A DNA stretch of 62,991 nucleotides, filler included, from Deltaproteobacteria bacterium (GTDB taxonomy: Bacteria; JAEEML01), in assembly GCA_016283195.1 (NCBI GenBank). It is 3 parts of 3 records of this genome, joined end to end, with 100 filler letters (N's around TTAATTAATTAA, not from the genome) between each part and the next. Parts side by side here need not be neighbours in the genome. Positions count along the whole stretch, not along the records: positions 31,924 to 58,351 come from JAEEML010000093.1; 2 more parts are not named here. One strand, written 5' to 3'. This document shows positions 48,503-58,451 of the stretch, one piece after another. Position numbers and translations under genes: made by a program. Positions within the stretch are counted from its first letter, which is position 1. Each line of letters begins with the position of its first letter. The notes beneath the pieces are model-generated. The model did not search any database. It saw only the letters and a program-made list of their open reading frames with translations, and had not been told where the DNA came from.

Positions 48503-49504
48503 TTAGCCTTTCTTGCCTCTACCGGAAACTACGCTCACTCCCAATTCGTCCATCAAAAGCGCAGCAGCGCCCATGGCAATGGCATCATCACCGAGTTTGG
48601 CCGGCACCACTTTGACGTTTTCGGCGAGATACGGCGTACAATAGGCTTTCATAGAGGCACTGATGCGCTCTATATAGGGCTTGCCAAATTGCTCCACCAT
48701 GCCGCCGCCAACAACAAAGAGTTCCGGGTTAAAAATATTTACCAGGTTGCCCATGGCAATGCCTAGTTGATCGGCGCTACGGTTTACCACTTCGGCCACT
48801 TTGTCGTCGCCGTTTTCAATGGCTTTGGCAATAAGGCCGCTTCTGATGGCGGTAATATCGTGACCCAGTTTGGAAGCTAAATAAGGCGCCTGGCCGGAAA
48901 TAGCCAGCCCCATGACATCTTTGGCCACAGCCAGGCGGCTGGCCATAGCTTCAATACAGCCATAGTGGCCGCAGCCGCAGCGCCGCCCTTCCAGCTGGAT
49001 TATCATGTGACCGAGCTCCCCGGCGCCGCCGTTGGCCCCGCGATAAAGAGCGCCGTTGAGCACTAAGCCGCCGCCGATACCGCTGCCCTGGAAGAGGCCG
49101 ATTACATGCTTATAGCCCTTGGCTGCGCCCATAATGAATTCGCCGTAAGTACCGGCATTGGCATCGTTTTCCACTAAAACAGGACACTTAAAAAGCTCTT
49201 TTAACCTGGCCTTAATAGGAAAACCGTTTAAGGCCAAATTAGGCGAATTTTCAATAACGCCTTTGGCGGGATCCACCGGCGAAGGCACGCCCAGAGCAAT
49301 GCCCAACAGATTATCGCCGGACATAGAAAGATTCTCTATCAAATCGCTTATAGCTTGACAGAGCAGGTCAAAAACCACTTTGGGGCTCTCACTGCCGGCA
49401 ACATTGCATTTGATGCGATCCAGCTTTTTGAGGCGGGTATCAAAAACCGAAGCCAAAAGTTTTGTTGCTCCTAAATCAATTGCCACAATGTAGGAAGGGC
49501 CCAT
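48503..49504 (-). CDS. ROK family protein (glucokinase-like)
   Basis: AIDLGATK, VENDANA, GSGIGGG and GELGH...CGCGHYGCIEA motifs. True start is ATG 49504 (GGAGG RBS). Confidence 0.92.
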   Translation of the reverse strand: MGPSYIVAIDLGATKLLASVFDTRLKKLDRIKCNVAGSESPKVVFDLLCQAISDLIENLSMSGDNLLGIALGVPSPVDPAKGVIENSPNLALNGFPIKARLKELFKCPVLVENDANAGTYGEFIMGAAKGYKHVIGLFQGSGIGGGLVLNGALYRGANGGAGELGHMIIQLEGRRCGCGHYGCIEAMASRLAVAKDVMGLAISGQAPYLASKLGHDITAIRSGLIAKAIENGDDKVAEVVNRSADQLGIAMGNLVNIFNPELFVVGGGMVEQFGKPYIERISASMKAYCTPYLAENVKVVPAKLGDDAIAMGAAALLMDELGVSVVSGRGKKG

Positions 49505-49621
49505 GTGTTCCTCCGTCAAAAGTCCAAGCGAATTATAGCACAAAAGAGCACGATGATAAAAGGGAAGAATAAAGCAAAAAACTAAAAACACATATTTATT
49601 GGGAATAAAGAAAAGGAAAGA

Positions 49622-49697
49622 TGGCGTCCCCAATGGGAGTCGAACCCATGTCGCCGGCGTGAAAGGCCAGTGTCCTAGGCCACTAGACGATGGGGAC
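49622..49697 (-). tRNA. tRNA-Glu (TTC)
   Basis: GTCCCCATCGTCTAGTGGCCTAGGACACTGGCC-TTTCAC-GCCGG...GGTTCGACTCCCATTGGGGACGCCA; encoded CCA. Confidence 0.95.
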
Positions 49698-49734
49698 GCA
49701 CTAGCACTAACAGAACGGGCACTCACCACTAAAA

Positions 49735-49810
49735 TGGTGAGCCGGGCGGGGCTCGAACCCGCGGCCCTCAGATTAAAAGTCTGATGCTCTACCAACTGAG
49801 CTACCGGCCC
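49735..49810 (-). tRNA. tRNA-Lys (TTT)
   Basis: GGGCCGGTAGCTCAGTTGGTAGAGCATCAGA-CTTTTAA-TCTGA...GGTTCGAGCCCCGCCCGGCTCACCA. Confidence 0.95.
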
Positions 49811-49828
49811 GTCCCGAAGGACGCAACC

Positions 49829-49857
49829 CTTCTAGCAGGGGTATTAATAGTTGTCAA
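49829..49857 (-). promoter_or_regulatory. Candidate sigma70 promoter of the tRNA-Lys/Glu pair
   Basis: TTGACA-N17-TAGAAG with a TG extended -10 on the minus strand, and an A-rich tract upstream. Confidence 0.55.
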
Positions 49858-49972
49858 CAAGTTTTTTCATTTTTTTATTTTCCCCCCATTGCGCCCTCCT
49901 AACAGGCGAATTATACTGCCCATGTTTTGCAGCTTTGCTTTTTAAGTGAGCGGAAGAAATAAGGATAAGCAG

Positions 49973-51808
49973 ATGTTATTAAAGATATTTTTGATTTTAG
50001 GCATGATAATTGGCCTCACCTCCTGCCGCGATGAGGATGATAAAGAAGTTACCATAGGGCCCTTAAATTTCACTGATGCCACCAAAGATCTTTTTAACGG
50101 CGCAGCTCCCAGCGGCAAAAATATTACTGTGGCCGATATCAATGGCGACGGTTTTCCCGATTTTGTAGCTACAGCCGGCGACAACAAAACGGGCACTTTT
50201 ACCGTTTGGCTCAATAACGGCGGCTCATATTTCACCGATTTTACCAAAGAGAGCGGCCTTAGCGGCCGGGCAGCCAGTTTTATTATCCTTGGCGATACCG
50301 ATAACGATGGCGATGCGGATGCCCTGGTGGTGGTTTATAATACCGCCGACAGCAGCGCAGCTGATACAACAACACTCTATTTAAATGATGGCGCCGGCCA
50401 TTTCAGCCAAGTCCAGCAAATATTCGATAATGGCAATAATGTCAATATTTCGGCGCTCTTCAGCGATATAGACCACGATGGCTTTTTGGATATTTTTTTC
50501 GCTAACCACTATGGCAGTTATGGGCGCATTGATACGGCGCAAGCTGATAAATTATTTTATAACCTGGGAAACAACACCTTTAATGATGCCACAAGCGCTC
50601 TTAAAATGCGCCTAAACGGCTTTAGCGCTCAAAAAATGGCTTCTGGGCTAAACCCCAAGCCCTCCTGGGGCGCCAGCGCCTGCGATCTTAATGACGACGG
50701 CTATGAAGAAATTCTGGTTAGCGCTTACGGCCGGCAATATAACGATCTCTGGCTTAACAAGATGGCAGAAAACGAGACTTTTAGCCACGACGGCATAAAT
50801 AACGGCGTAGCCGCCGATGCCAATACCGATTATTCCGATAACCTTTTTTATATTTGCTATTGCTCGGCTCATAGTGAGGAAGAGGTCTGCGCCGCCGCTA
50901 AATCTGTAAACCCGGCTTATTGTGCTGGTGCAACCGACAACTGGTCACCAGGTTTTGATGACCAGGGCTTTCGCCTCGGAGGCAACAGTTCCAACTTTCT
51001 CTGCGGTGATTTGGACGGCGACGGCGATATAGACCTGGTATCGCTGGAACTGCGCCATGAACACATCGGTAAATCCTCCGATGCCACAGAAATTCTCTTC
51101 AATGACGGCCCCGGTAAACCCTTCCGCCGCCCTGGTAATGAAGTGACCGGCCTCACCCGCGAGCACCCCGGGGACGACTATTTTAACGAGGGCGATTTAG
51201 CCGGCGCCCTGGCCGATTTTGACGGCGATGGGCGGCTGGATATTTTGGTAGCAAGTTCCGATTATCCGGGCACCTTCTCTTTGCTCTGGCAACAGCAAAA
51301 AGACGGCACTTTTAAAGAAGTGGCCAAAGAAGCCGGCCTCAAACTGGCCCGGGCCCATGGTGTGGGGCTAATAGATTACGATCTCGATGGCGATTATGAT
51401 GTTATCATGGGTACTTCACTCATGCGCTGGAGCAAAGACGATGAGCCGCCGGCTACCGATAAAGAGTACCTGCATATTTTTAGAAACGATACGCAAAAAG
51501 GCAAAACCATCCGCCTCAGGCTAAAAGGCAGCGGGCAAGGCAACAGCAATGCCGATGGGCTGGGAGCCAAAGTCACTGTTAAAACAGCCAGCAAAAGCAT
51601 TGTGCGCTATAAAGAGGGCCCTTACGGCCTAACCGGCATCCAAAATGATGCCACCATGATTATCGGCCTGGGGGAAAAAGAGACACCTAAAGAAATAACC
51701 GTCAGATGGCCAGGTAAAGATAATAAGGAAATAGTTTATAAAATCGGTAAATTAAGCGGTGGCCTATATATATTGCATGAAAACGGCACCATAGAAGAAA
51801 AGCCGTAA
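49973..51808 (+). CDS. CRTAC1-family FG-GAP repeat lipoprotein with ASPIC/UnbV C-terminus
   Basis: Lipobox LTSC, seven DxxxDG.xD-type repeats and NADGLGAKVTV...GLG...ITVRWP. Confidence 0.85.
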   Translation: MLLKIFLILGMIIGLTSCRDEDDKEVTIGPLNFTDATKDLFNGAAPSGKNITVADINGDGFPDFVATAGDNKTGTFTVWLNNGGSYFTDFTKESGLSGRAASFIILGDTDNDGDADALVVVYNTADSSAADTTTLYLNDGAGHFSQVQQIFDNGNNVNISALFSDIDHDGFLDIFFANHYGSYGRIDTAQADKLFYNLGNNTFNDATSALKMRLNGFSAQKMASGLNPKPSWGASACDLNDDGYEEILVSAYGRQYNDLWLNKMAENETFSHDGINNGVAADANTDYSDNLFYICYCSAHSEEEVCAAAKSVNPAYCAGATDNWSPGFDDQGFRLGGNSSNFLCGDLDGDGDIDLVSLELRHEHIGKSSDATEILFNDGPGKPFRRPGNEVTGLTREHPGDDYFNEGDLAGALADFDGDGRLDILVASSDYPGTFSLLWQQQKDGTFKEVAKEAGLKLARAHGVGLIDYDLDGDYDVIMGTSLMRWSKDDEPPATDKEYLHIFRNDTQKGKTIRLRLKGSGQGNSNADGLGAKVTVKTASKSIVRYKEGPYGLTGIQNDATMIIGLGEKETPKEITVRWPGKDNKEIVYKIGKLSGGLYILHENGTIEEKP

Positions 51809-51842
51809 GTTAGTAGCAGCGGAGAAAGTACTCGAGGGAAAA

Positions 51843-54050
51843 ATGAGCGAAAAACCTACGCTGGGCACCTTTTTGGGCGTTTTTACTCCCACTATTCTCA
51901 CCATTTTGGGCGTTATCCTCTATATGCGCATCGGTTGGATTTTAGGCCATGTCGGCCTCTCCACCATGCTTTTTATTGTGCTGATAGCCAACTCCATCAC
52001 TCTCATTACTTCGCTCAGTTTTTCTTCCATCTCCACCAACGGACGCATCGGCGGCGGCGGGGCTTATTACATCATCTCGCGCAGCATGGGGCTCGAAATA
52101 GGCGGGGCTATCGGCCTGCCGCTTTTTTTATCACAAACTTTTTCCGTCACCCTTTACTGCTTTGGTCTCGCCGAATCTTTTAAGCCTTATCTTCCTGAAA
52201 TTCCTCTGCAATTAATAGCTATAGCTCTAATTTTGATTGTCGGCGTTATTGCCTATTTGGGCGCCGATTTTGCCTTAAAGACTCAATTGCCCGTTATGGC
52301 TATGGTGGCTATTTCCATCATCATGCTGGCCATTGGAGTTATCTTCGCTCCCCAAGTCACTGCCGGCACCAGTGAGGCCGCCACACCGATAAAAGAGCTA
52401 AAATTCTGGCATGCCTTTTCCATTTTTTTCCCCGCTGTTACCGGCATTATGGCTGGCCTGGGGCTCTCCGGCGATTTAAAAAATCCGCAAAAATCCATTC
52501 CTCTGGGGGCCATTGGCGCCTGCCTCACCGGCTTTGCCATTTATCTTTTGGTACCCGTGCTTTTATATTACGGCGCCGATAGTGCCACTTTGCGCACCAA
52601 CCCCAATGTCTGGTCGGCTATTGCTCCGCTGGGTTCTATTTTTATCTTACCCGGCCTCTGGGGAGCCATTTTTTCTTCGGCCATCGGTTCTATTTTAATC
52701 GCCCCGCGCACACTGGAAGCCATGGGGCGCGATAAAATTCTGCCTTCATTTTTAAATAATATTCTGCGCTCCAAACGCGGCTCTTTATATGGCCTTTTAT
52801 TCTCGCTGGCTATCGCTCTTAGCGCTGTTTTGCTGGGCGAACTCAATATGGTAGCCGAAGTAGTGAGTATGTTTTTCTTAACCGTTTACGGCACGGTTAA
52901 TATAGCTTGTGTTTTGGAAATTCTCTCTAAAGACACCTCCTGGCGGCCCACACTAAAAGTGCCCTGGTTTATTAGCCTTTTGGGCGGCCTTGCCTGTTTT
53001 GGCACCATGTTTTTAATAAACCCTCTGGTGAGCATTATTGCTATTACCATCGAAATAGTCCTCTATATCCTTTATGTGCGCAGCGAGCGCCAGGCCGGCT
53101 GGGGTGATGCCCGGCGCGGTATTTTGGAAGCCGGGATTCGCTGGGCGCTTATTCGCCTAAATAGCCGGCCGGATAGCCCGCGCAATTTCCGCCCGCATAT
53201 TTTACTCTTTATCGACGATATAGCCGGGCGCCTCTCTCTCGTTCATCTTGCCAGCTCTTTTAGCCAGGAGCGGGGCATAGTCACCGCTGCCAAGTTGGTG
53301 GAAGGCAGTTTAATTAATAACCGCGACAAAGTAGAAAGCGAATTAAAGCAATTTAAGGAAAATCTGGCTAACGCCCATGAAGTAATTTTCCCCGAAGTAA
53401 TTGCCGTAAATGACATTTTACGCGGCATGGTGGCAGTAACTCAGGCCAACGGTCTGGCCGGCGTGCAATCTAATACCGTCATGGTGGGCTGGCCGCAAAA
53501 TCATGAGCGACGGGTAGCTTTTTTTGGCCTGATGCGCGAGCTGGAGCTTTTAAAACGCTCATTTATCATTGCCAAATTGAGTGATGGCGAGCTCCTAAGC
53601 CATGAGCCTAATCACCAGATAATTATCCATGTCTGGTGGGGCGGCCGCGAGCAAAATAGCGAACTGATGCTCCTTTTGGCTCATCTTTTGACCCAAAATC
53701 CCGCTTGGCGTAATGCCAAAATTGTGGTCAATACCATTACCAATAATGCGCTCTCACAAAATACTACCATCCGCTTTTTGCGCCAGCTCTTGGAAGAGAC
53801 GCGCATCGAAGCCCAAATCAATGTTATTGTGCGCCAAGGAGAAGATTCCGTTCAGGACATTATTCACCGCGAGAGTGCCGCGGCCGATATTGTCTTTATG
53901 GGTCTTGCCATGGTGGAGCCGGGCCAGGAAGACAGTTATGCCGCCCGCCTGGAAGAATTAGCCGGGCAATTAAAAGCTGTTGTTTTTGTTAAAAATTCTT
54001 GTATGAGAGTGGGAGAACTGCTCACCACATCGGAATTTTCCTCTACTTGA
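51843..54050 (+). CDS. Cation-chloride cotransporter (SLC12/CCC family)
   Basis: LGTFLGVF.PTILTILGVILYMR, GGAYYIISRS.G.EIGGAIG, FFPAVTGIMAG..LSGDLK.PQKSIP.G, NFRPHIL and VWWGG motifs. Confidence 0.88.
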   Translation: MSEKPTLGTFLGVFTPTILTILGVILYMRIGWILGHVGLSTMLFIVLIANSITLITSLSFSSISTNGRIGGGGAYYIISRSMGLEIGGAIGLPLFLSQTFSVTLYCFGLAESFKPYLPEIPLQLIAIALILIVGVIAYLGADFALKTQLPVMAMVAISIIMLAIGVIFAPQVTAGTSEAATPIKELKFWHAFSIFFPAVTGIMAGLGLSGDLKNPQKSIPLGAIGACLTGFAIYLLVPVLLYYGADSATLRTNPNVWSAIAPLGSIFILPGLWGAIFSSAIGSILIAPRTLEAMGRDKILPSFLNNILRSKRGSLYGLLFSLAIALSAVLLGELNMVAEVVSMFFLTVYGTVNIACVLEILSKDTSWRPTLKVPWFISLLGGLACFGTMFLINPLVSIIAITIEIVLYILYVRSERQAGWGDARRGILEAGIRWALIRLNSRPDSPRNFRPHILLFIDDIAGRLSLVHLASSFSQERGIVTAAKLVEGSLINNRDKVESELKQFKENLANAHEVIFPEVIAVNDILRGMVAVTQANGLAGVQSNTVMVGWPQNHERRVAFFGLMRELELLKRSFIIAKLSDGELLSHEPNHQIIIHVWWGGREQNSELMLLLAHLLTQNPAWRNAKIVVNTITNNALSQNTTIRFLRQLLEETRIEAQINVIVRQGEDSVQDIIHRESAAADIVFMGLAMVEPGQEDSYAARLEELAGQLKAVVFVKNSCMRVGELLTTSEFSST

Positions 54051-54051
54051 T

Positions 54052-56442
54052 ATGGCTGATAAAACTTATGAAATATTGGCTCCAGCCGGCGGGCGAGCCA
54101 CTCTTAGTGCTGCTCTTAGCGGCGGGGCTGATGCCGTCTATTTTGGCTTAAAGGAATTTAACGCCAGACTGCGCGCCGATAATTTTACTCTGGACGAACT
54201 GGCCGATCTTATGGCTGAGCTCCATCAATATGGCCGCCGGGGCTATTTGACCTTAAATACTCTGCTTTTTGATGATGAATTAAAGCACCTGGCTGCTATT
54301 ATGCCGAAAATTGCCCGGAGTGCCGTCGATGCTCTCATTGTCACCGATTTGGGACTTATAAGCTTTTTAAGGCACGAATATCCCGAACTCACGCTCCATG
54401 CCTCCACGCAAATGACAACCACCACGGCTACCGGCTGCGCTTATCTCGAAAATTTAGGAATAAAGAGGGCTATCCTGGCTCGTGAGCTCACACTGGCCGA
54501 GATTGCCAATATCCATAAAGAGAGCCCTCTTGAGCTTGAGGCCTTTGTCCACGGCGCCCAGTGCATAAGCTATAGCGGCCAGTGCCAAATGAGCCAGTTT
54601 CTTTGCGGAAGAAGCGCAAATCGCGGCCTCTGCGCCCAGCCTTGCCGCGCGGCTTACAGCTTTAACCAGGGCGGCCCGGAGAAAAAGCGCCCTTACCTCT
54701 TAAGCCCCCACGATTTGGAAGCCCTAAAGCTCCTGCCCGAGATGCTAAAAGCCGGCGTCTCTTCTTTTAAAATAGAGGGCCGCCTCAAAAGCCCGGCTTA
54801 TGTCTATATGGTAACAAGCACCTATGTCAGGGCTCTTAAGGCCGCCCTGGGCAGCGCCCCGCCAATTACCGATGAAGATGCGGAGGCGCTGAAATTTGTC
54901 TATAACCGCGCCCCCGGCCCCGGCTATTTAAAGGGGGTAAATCATGCGGCACTGGTTAGCGGCACTATCAGCTCTTTTCAAGGACTTACCATCGGAGAGC
55001 TTTTGGGTATAGAACCGCACGCCCTCTATGTAGCGGCAAAAGCCGGGGCCCAAAACAGCCGCCTTTATAAGCTTAAAGCCGGCGACGGCCTGGCTATCGG
55101 CTGCCCCGGGGGCGCGGTGAATTATGATGAATGGGCCCAGGGCGGCCGCCTCTATAATATGGAATCCTGCCACTATAAAGGCATAGAGGCGCTAAAGCTC
55201 ACTATCGGCCCGGATCGGCTTAATCCGGCCAAATTCAAAACCGGGCTTGTCGTTTATAAAAATTATGACAATGATTTGGCTAAAGAGCTGGAAAAAGCCC
55301 TAAAACGGCGGCCGCAAATTTTTAGCCCATATATTTTAGCAGTGAGCCTCATTGTGGATGGTCTTAAGGCCGGCTTAAACTGGCAGCTAGCCGGCGCAGA
55401 CGGCCGGCCTTTAGCCGATTTTAAGCAAGATCTCTCAGAGGCTATAGACCCCAATAGCGCCGTTAGTGCCGAAATTCTGGCCAAATATCTGGGCCGCCTG
55501 GGCGAGACGCTCTTTCGGCTGGGCCCGGTAACTCTTAGCCAGGGCGGCCGGGCGGTCGCTGCCCTGCCGCTGGCTCTTCCTCCCAGCAAGCTAAATAATT
55601 TGCGCCGGGAGGCCAGCGCCTATTTTGCCCCCTTCTGCCGCCAAATTCCCCAAAATCAGGCGGCCAAAGAGTTTTCCTGGCCGGCTATGGAGCTAATAGC
55701 ACCGCCGCCCACGAGCCTCTCCGTGCTGCTACGCACCGGCGAACAAGTGAAAACTCTTTTGGCCGCGCCGGTAGTAAGTAAGCTGGATATTATTTATTTG
55801 GACTTATTAGGCCGGGAATTAGCCGATCTATTGCCGCTCATAAAGGCGGCCGGCCGCCACTTTGGGCTGGCACTCCCATATATAGAGCTGCCGGGCGATA
55901 CTCTTTTTGAGGAAATCCTCTCCTATAGGCCGCCGGCTCTTTTGGTGCGCACTTTGGGCGAGATCCAAAAGCTCAAAGATTATCCCGGCCTGCTAATTGG
56001 TGACAGCTCACTGAATGCTACTAACAGCCCGGCAGCGGCGCATCTTTTGGCGGCCGGCCTCAGCCGCTATACACCCGGCTGGGAGCTTTTAGACTCCGGC
56101 GTGGCCCTCCCGGGCGAGCGGAGCTCCCGGCTCGAGCAGCTTATTTATACGCACCGGCCGCTAATGGTTACCCGCCACTGCCTACTGGCCGCCGGGAGCG
56201 GCCGCGAGAATTGCCAAACTTGCCCCAATAAAGAGCCAAACCGGGCGCCCTTCAAGCTATGGCCGGCTGATAAAAAGCCGCCCATGCTCGTAAAAACCAT
56301 TTGCGGGAAATATAGCGTCATCTACAGCCCAAAAGCGGAAACTTTTGCCAAGAGGCCCGGCCCCGGCTTTTATCGCCTAGAGTTTTTACAGGAAAGCGGA
56401 GCGGAATTACTGCAAGTTATAGATAATTATCTAAAAATGTAG
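54052..56442 (+). CDS. U32 family protein (RlhA-type RNA hydroxylase, long form)
   Basis: EILAPAG, GADAVYFG, HASTQ, EAFVHGAQCISYSGQC, RSANRG.CAQPCR and KIEGR motifs. Confidence 0.88.
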   Translation: MADKTYEILAPAGGRATLSAALSGGADAVYFGLKEFNARLRADNFTLDELADLMAELHQYGRRGYLTLNTLLFDDELKHLAAIMPKIARSAVDALIVTDLGLISFLRHEYPELTLHASTQMTTTTATGCAYLENLGIKRAILARELTLAEIANIHKESPLELEAFVHGAQCISYSGQCQMSQFLCGRSANRGLCAQPCRAAYSFNQGGPEKKRPYLLSPHDLEALKLLPEMLKAGVSSFKIEGRLKSPAYVYMVTSTYVRALKAALGSAPPITDEDAEALKFVYNRAPGPGYLKGVNHAALVSGTISSFQGLTIGELLGIEPHALYVAAKAGAQNSRLYKLKAGDGLAIGCPGGAVNYDEWAQGGRLYNMESCHYKGIEALKLTIGPDRLNPAKFKTGLVVYKNYDNDLAKELEKALKRRPQIFSPYILAVSLIVDGLKAGLNWQLAGADGRPLADFKQDLSEAIDPNSAVSAEILAKYLGRLGETLFRLGPVTLSQGGRAVAALPLALPPSKLNNLRREASAYFAPFCRQIPQNQAAKEFSWPAMELIAPPPTSLSVLLRTGEQVKTLLAAPVVSKLDIIYLDLLGRELADLLPLIKAAGRHFGLALPYIELPGDTLFEEILSYRPPALLVRTLGEIQKLKDYPGLLIGDSSLNATNSPAAAHLLAAGLSRYTPGWELLDSGVALPGERSSRLEQLIYTHRPLMVTRHCLLAAGSGRENCQTCPNKEPNRAPFKLWPADKKPPMLVKTICGKYSVIYSPKAETFAKRPGPGFYRLEFLQESGAELLQVIDNYLKM

Positions 56443-56576
56443 CGGCCGGGATTTTATGCCCCGGCGGCTTATTTTCATTCCCCAGTAGCATCATTCACGA
56501 CAAAAATGTCATAGTATTCGCAGTCTCTAGGCCACTCAATTTTAGCTACTACCCGTAAATATTCAAAAATTTTGCC

Positions 56577-56592
56577 TGGCACAAAAATTGCA
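56577..56592 (+). promoter_or_regulatory. Sigma54 (-24/-12) promoter
   Basis: TGGCAC-AAAAA-TTGCA, a consensus match about 110 nt upstream of FISUMP gene 56700. Confidence 0.7.
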
Positions 56593-56699
56593 TTAGATTA
56601 GCCGGGCTGAAGATGTTTATATTTGCCCAAAGTTTTTTAGAACTAAGCTAGGTGTTAATTTTCGGCAATTAGGAGCCGAGTAAAAATAAGGAGATCATA

Positions 56700-57893
56700 A
56701 TGAAAAGAATCTGCTCATATACCTTACTCAGCGCGCTTACAGCCCTGACCTTCACTGCCTGTGAGCACATGCCCGATGACGAAGACTTACGCCAGGAATT
56801 TGGGCTTATCGGCTGCAAAGTTTCTGCCGGCAGTGATAGTAAAGGGATTGTCGTCTGTAGCGACGGTAGCCGTTTTGACGCGGCAAGCGACCATAACGGC
56901 AGCAGCTGTTCCTTCTCCGCAGGGAGCGACGGCAGCGGCACTATGGCCTGCTCCGGGAGCAAAAATTACAGCCTCAGCAATGGCTTTGAAAATATACCGG
57001 GCACCGAGTGCAAAGTATCACTCTATCGTGATAATAATAACAGAGAGCACGTAGAAATTGAGTGTCATCACAATGGTTATCATTGCAACAGCATTGAAGC
57101 CAAGAGCGGCCCCATCGCGGTCACCTGCGGCGATGCCGAAAATACCAAATATAGTTTCAACGATGGTAAAAACGGCCTTAGCGGCCACTGCCAGCTCTTT
57201 GCCAACGGTGATACTACCGGCAAAATACTCTGCAGCGACGGGGCGATTTTTGCCATGAACGGCGGCTATGACGGCCAGTGTTCCGGCGGCTACAGCGGGG
57301 CAAGTTGCAATGAATGCGCTCTTAAAGAGGGCGCAAGCGGCACCCTTAAAGACAGCGAGGGCAAGGAATATAAAACCGTTGTCATAAATTGCCAAACCTG
57401 GATGGCCGAAAACCTGGCCACCGCCACCGGCCGCGACGGCAGTGAGCTCAAATGCTATAAAAAGAACAAAAAATATAAAGAGCAATACGGCTGCCTTTAC
57501 ACTTGGTCTGATGCCCGCAAGGCCTGCCCTACCGGCTGGCACCTGCCGGCGAAAAAGGATTTTGACGATTTGCTAGCGGCTGCCGGTACCAATGCGGCCG
57601 ATCGCTCCCAGAATTTACGGGCCGCCAGTTTTGATGGCAACGATAAACTCAAGTTTGCGGCGCTTCCCGGCGGCTACCATACATACATCTTCGATAAATA
57701 CGAACATGTTGACGATATCGGCCTTTTCTGGTCAGGAACTGAGCAGATTAACGGCATTACCGACGCTTACGCCCTTTCGGTTCATCCTGCTTACGTAGAG
57801 CATGGTGATCCTGACGTGCACATGCCAGAAGAGGCAGTAGTTGTTAGTTTCGATAGACCCGACGGCATTTCGGTGCGCTGCATTAAAGACTAA
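56700..57893 (+). CDS. FISUMP domain lipoprotein with N-terminal Cys-containing beta-repeats
   Basis: Lipobox FTAC; repeated C...DG...I.C.DG modules; YKTVVI..TWMAENL, YGCLYTW, CPTGWHLP and SVRCIKD motifs. Confidence 0.88.
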   Translation: MKRICSYTLLSALTALTFTACEHMPDDEDLRQEFGLIGCKVSAGSDSKGIVVCSDGSRFDAASDHNGSSCSFSAGSDGSGTMACSGSKNYSLSNGFENIPGTECKVSLYRDNNNREHVEIECHHNGYHCNSIEAKSGPIAVTCGDAENTKYSFNDGKNGLSGHCQLFANGDTTGKILCSDGAIFAMNGGYDGQCSGGYSGASCNECALKEGASGTLKDSEGKEYKTVVINCQTWMAENLATATGRDGSELKCYKKNKKYKEQYGCLYTWSDARKACPTGWHLPAKKDFDDLLAAAGTNAADRSQNLRAASFDGNDKLKFAALPGGYHTYIFDKYEHVDDIGLFWSGTEQINGITDAYALSVHPAYVEHGDPDVHMPEEAVVVSFDRPDGISVRCIKD

Positions 57894-57949
57894 ACATAAA
57901 TAAGCTTGCCCGCGCCTTTTCCTCCACCAGAGTAATAATTCCTATTTGC

Positions 57950-58024
57950 CTTTAAGCGGAGCCCCTCCCTCTATGGGGGAGGGGCGATTTTCATAAAAAA
58001 CCATTAAGTTAGAGGGAGAGGTCC
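57950..58024 (-). repeat. 75-bp REP-like dispersed repeat, copy 2 (inverted relative to copy 1)
   Basis: Matches the reverse complement of 48276-48350. Confidence 0.85.
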
Positions 58025-58068
58025 CAAAAATCTGGGCGAACTATTGGCGAAAAAAGGGGGAAAAGCTC

Positions 58069-58351
58069 TTATGAGCGCAGGTATTTATCTATTTCGGCCA
58101 GAGCTTCAATATTCTTGATATGGGAAAGAGAATCCATAAAGGCATCAACCATGTAATCGCGGATTTTATCCGCATCTTTTACTTCCAAATCATTAGCTAA
58201 CTTGGCCACCAGGGCCTTTTCGGCATCGCTGATTTTTCTATCGGCCAAAACCACCATCCAGCAGCCTTCCAAAAGCATAATGCGCTCATCGGCACCTAAA
58301 ACGGCTTTAGCACCGGCCACATCAAAATCTTTAGCTGCTAGGCTGGCAAAA
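58069..58351 (-). CDS. C-terminal fragment of a TerB-like domain protein, 5'-truncated at the gap
   Basis: LLEGCWMVVLADRKISDAEKALVAKLANDLEV matches the TerB AD....E pattern. Confidence 0.55.
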
Positions 58352-58451
58352 NNNNNNNNNNNNNNNNNNNNNNNNNNNNNNNNNNNNNNNNNNNNTTAAT
58401 TAATTAANNNNNNNNNNNNNNNNNNNNNNNNNNNNNNNNNNNNNNNNNNNN
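58352..58451. other. Artificial contig linker
   Basis: 44 N + TTAATTAATTAA + 44 N. Confidence 0.95.

Noticed and set aside
49505-49795. N-terminal extension of the ROK ORF in the ORF track
   Set aside because: It runs through tRNA-Lys and tRNA-Glu. The real start is ATG 49504 with a GGAGG RBS.
49622-49810. tRNA pair as the integration site of an island or prophage
   Set aside because: I found no integrase, no duplicated tRNA 3' end and no phage genes in the flanks.
56445-56475. GCCGGG...CCCGGC hairpin after the U32 gene as an intrinsic terminator
   Set aside because: The stem is short with a long loop and an interrupted U-tract. It is plausible but too weak to list as a feature.
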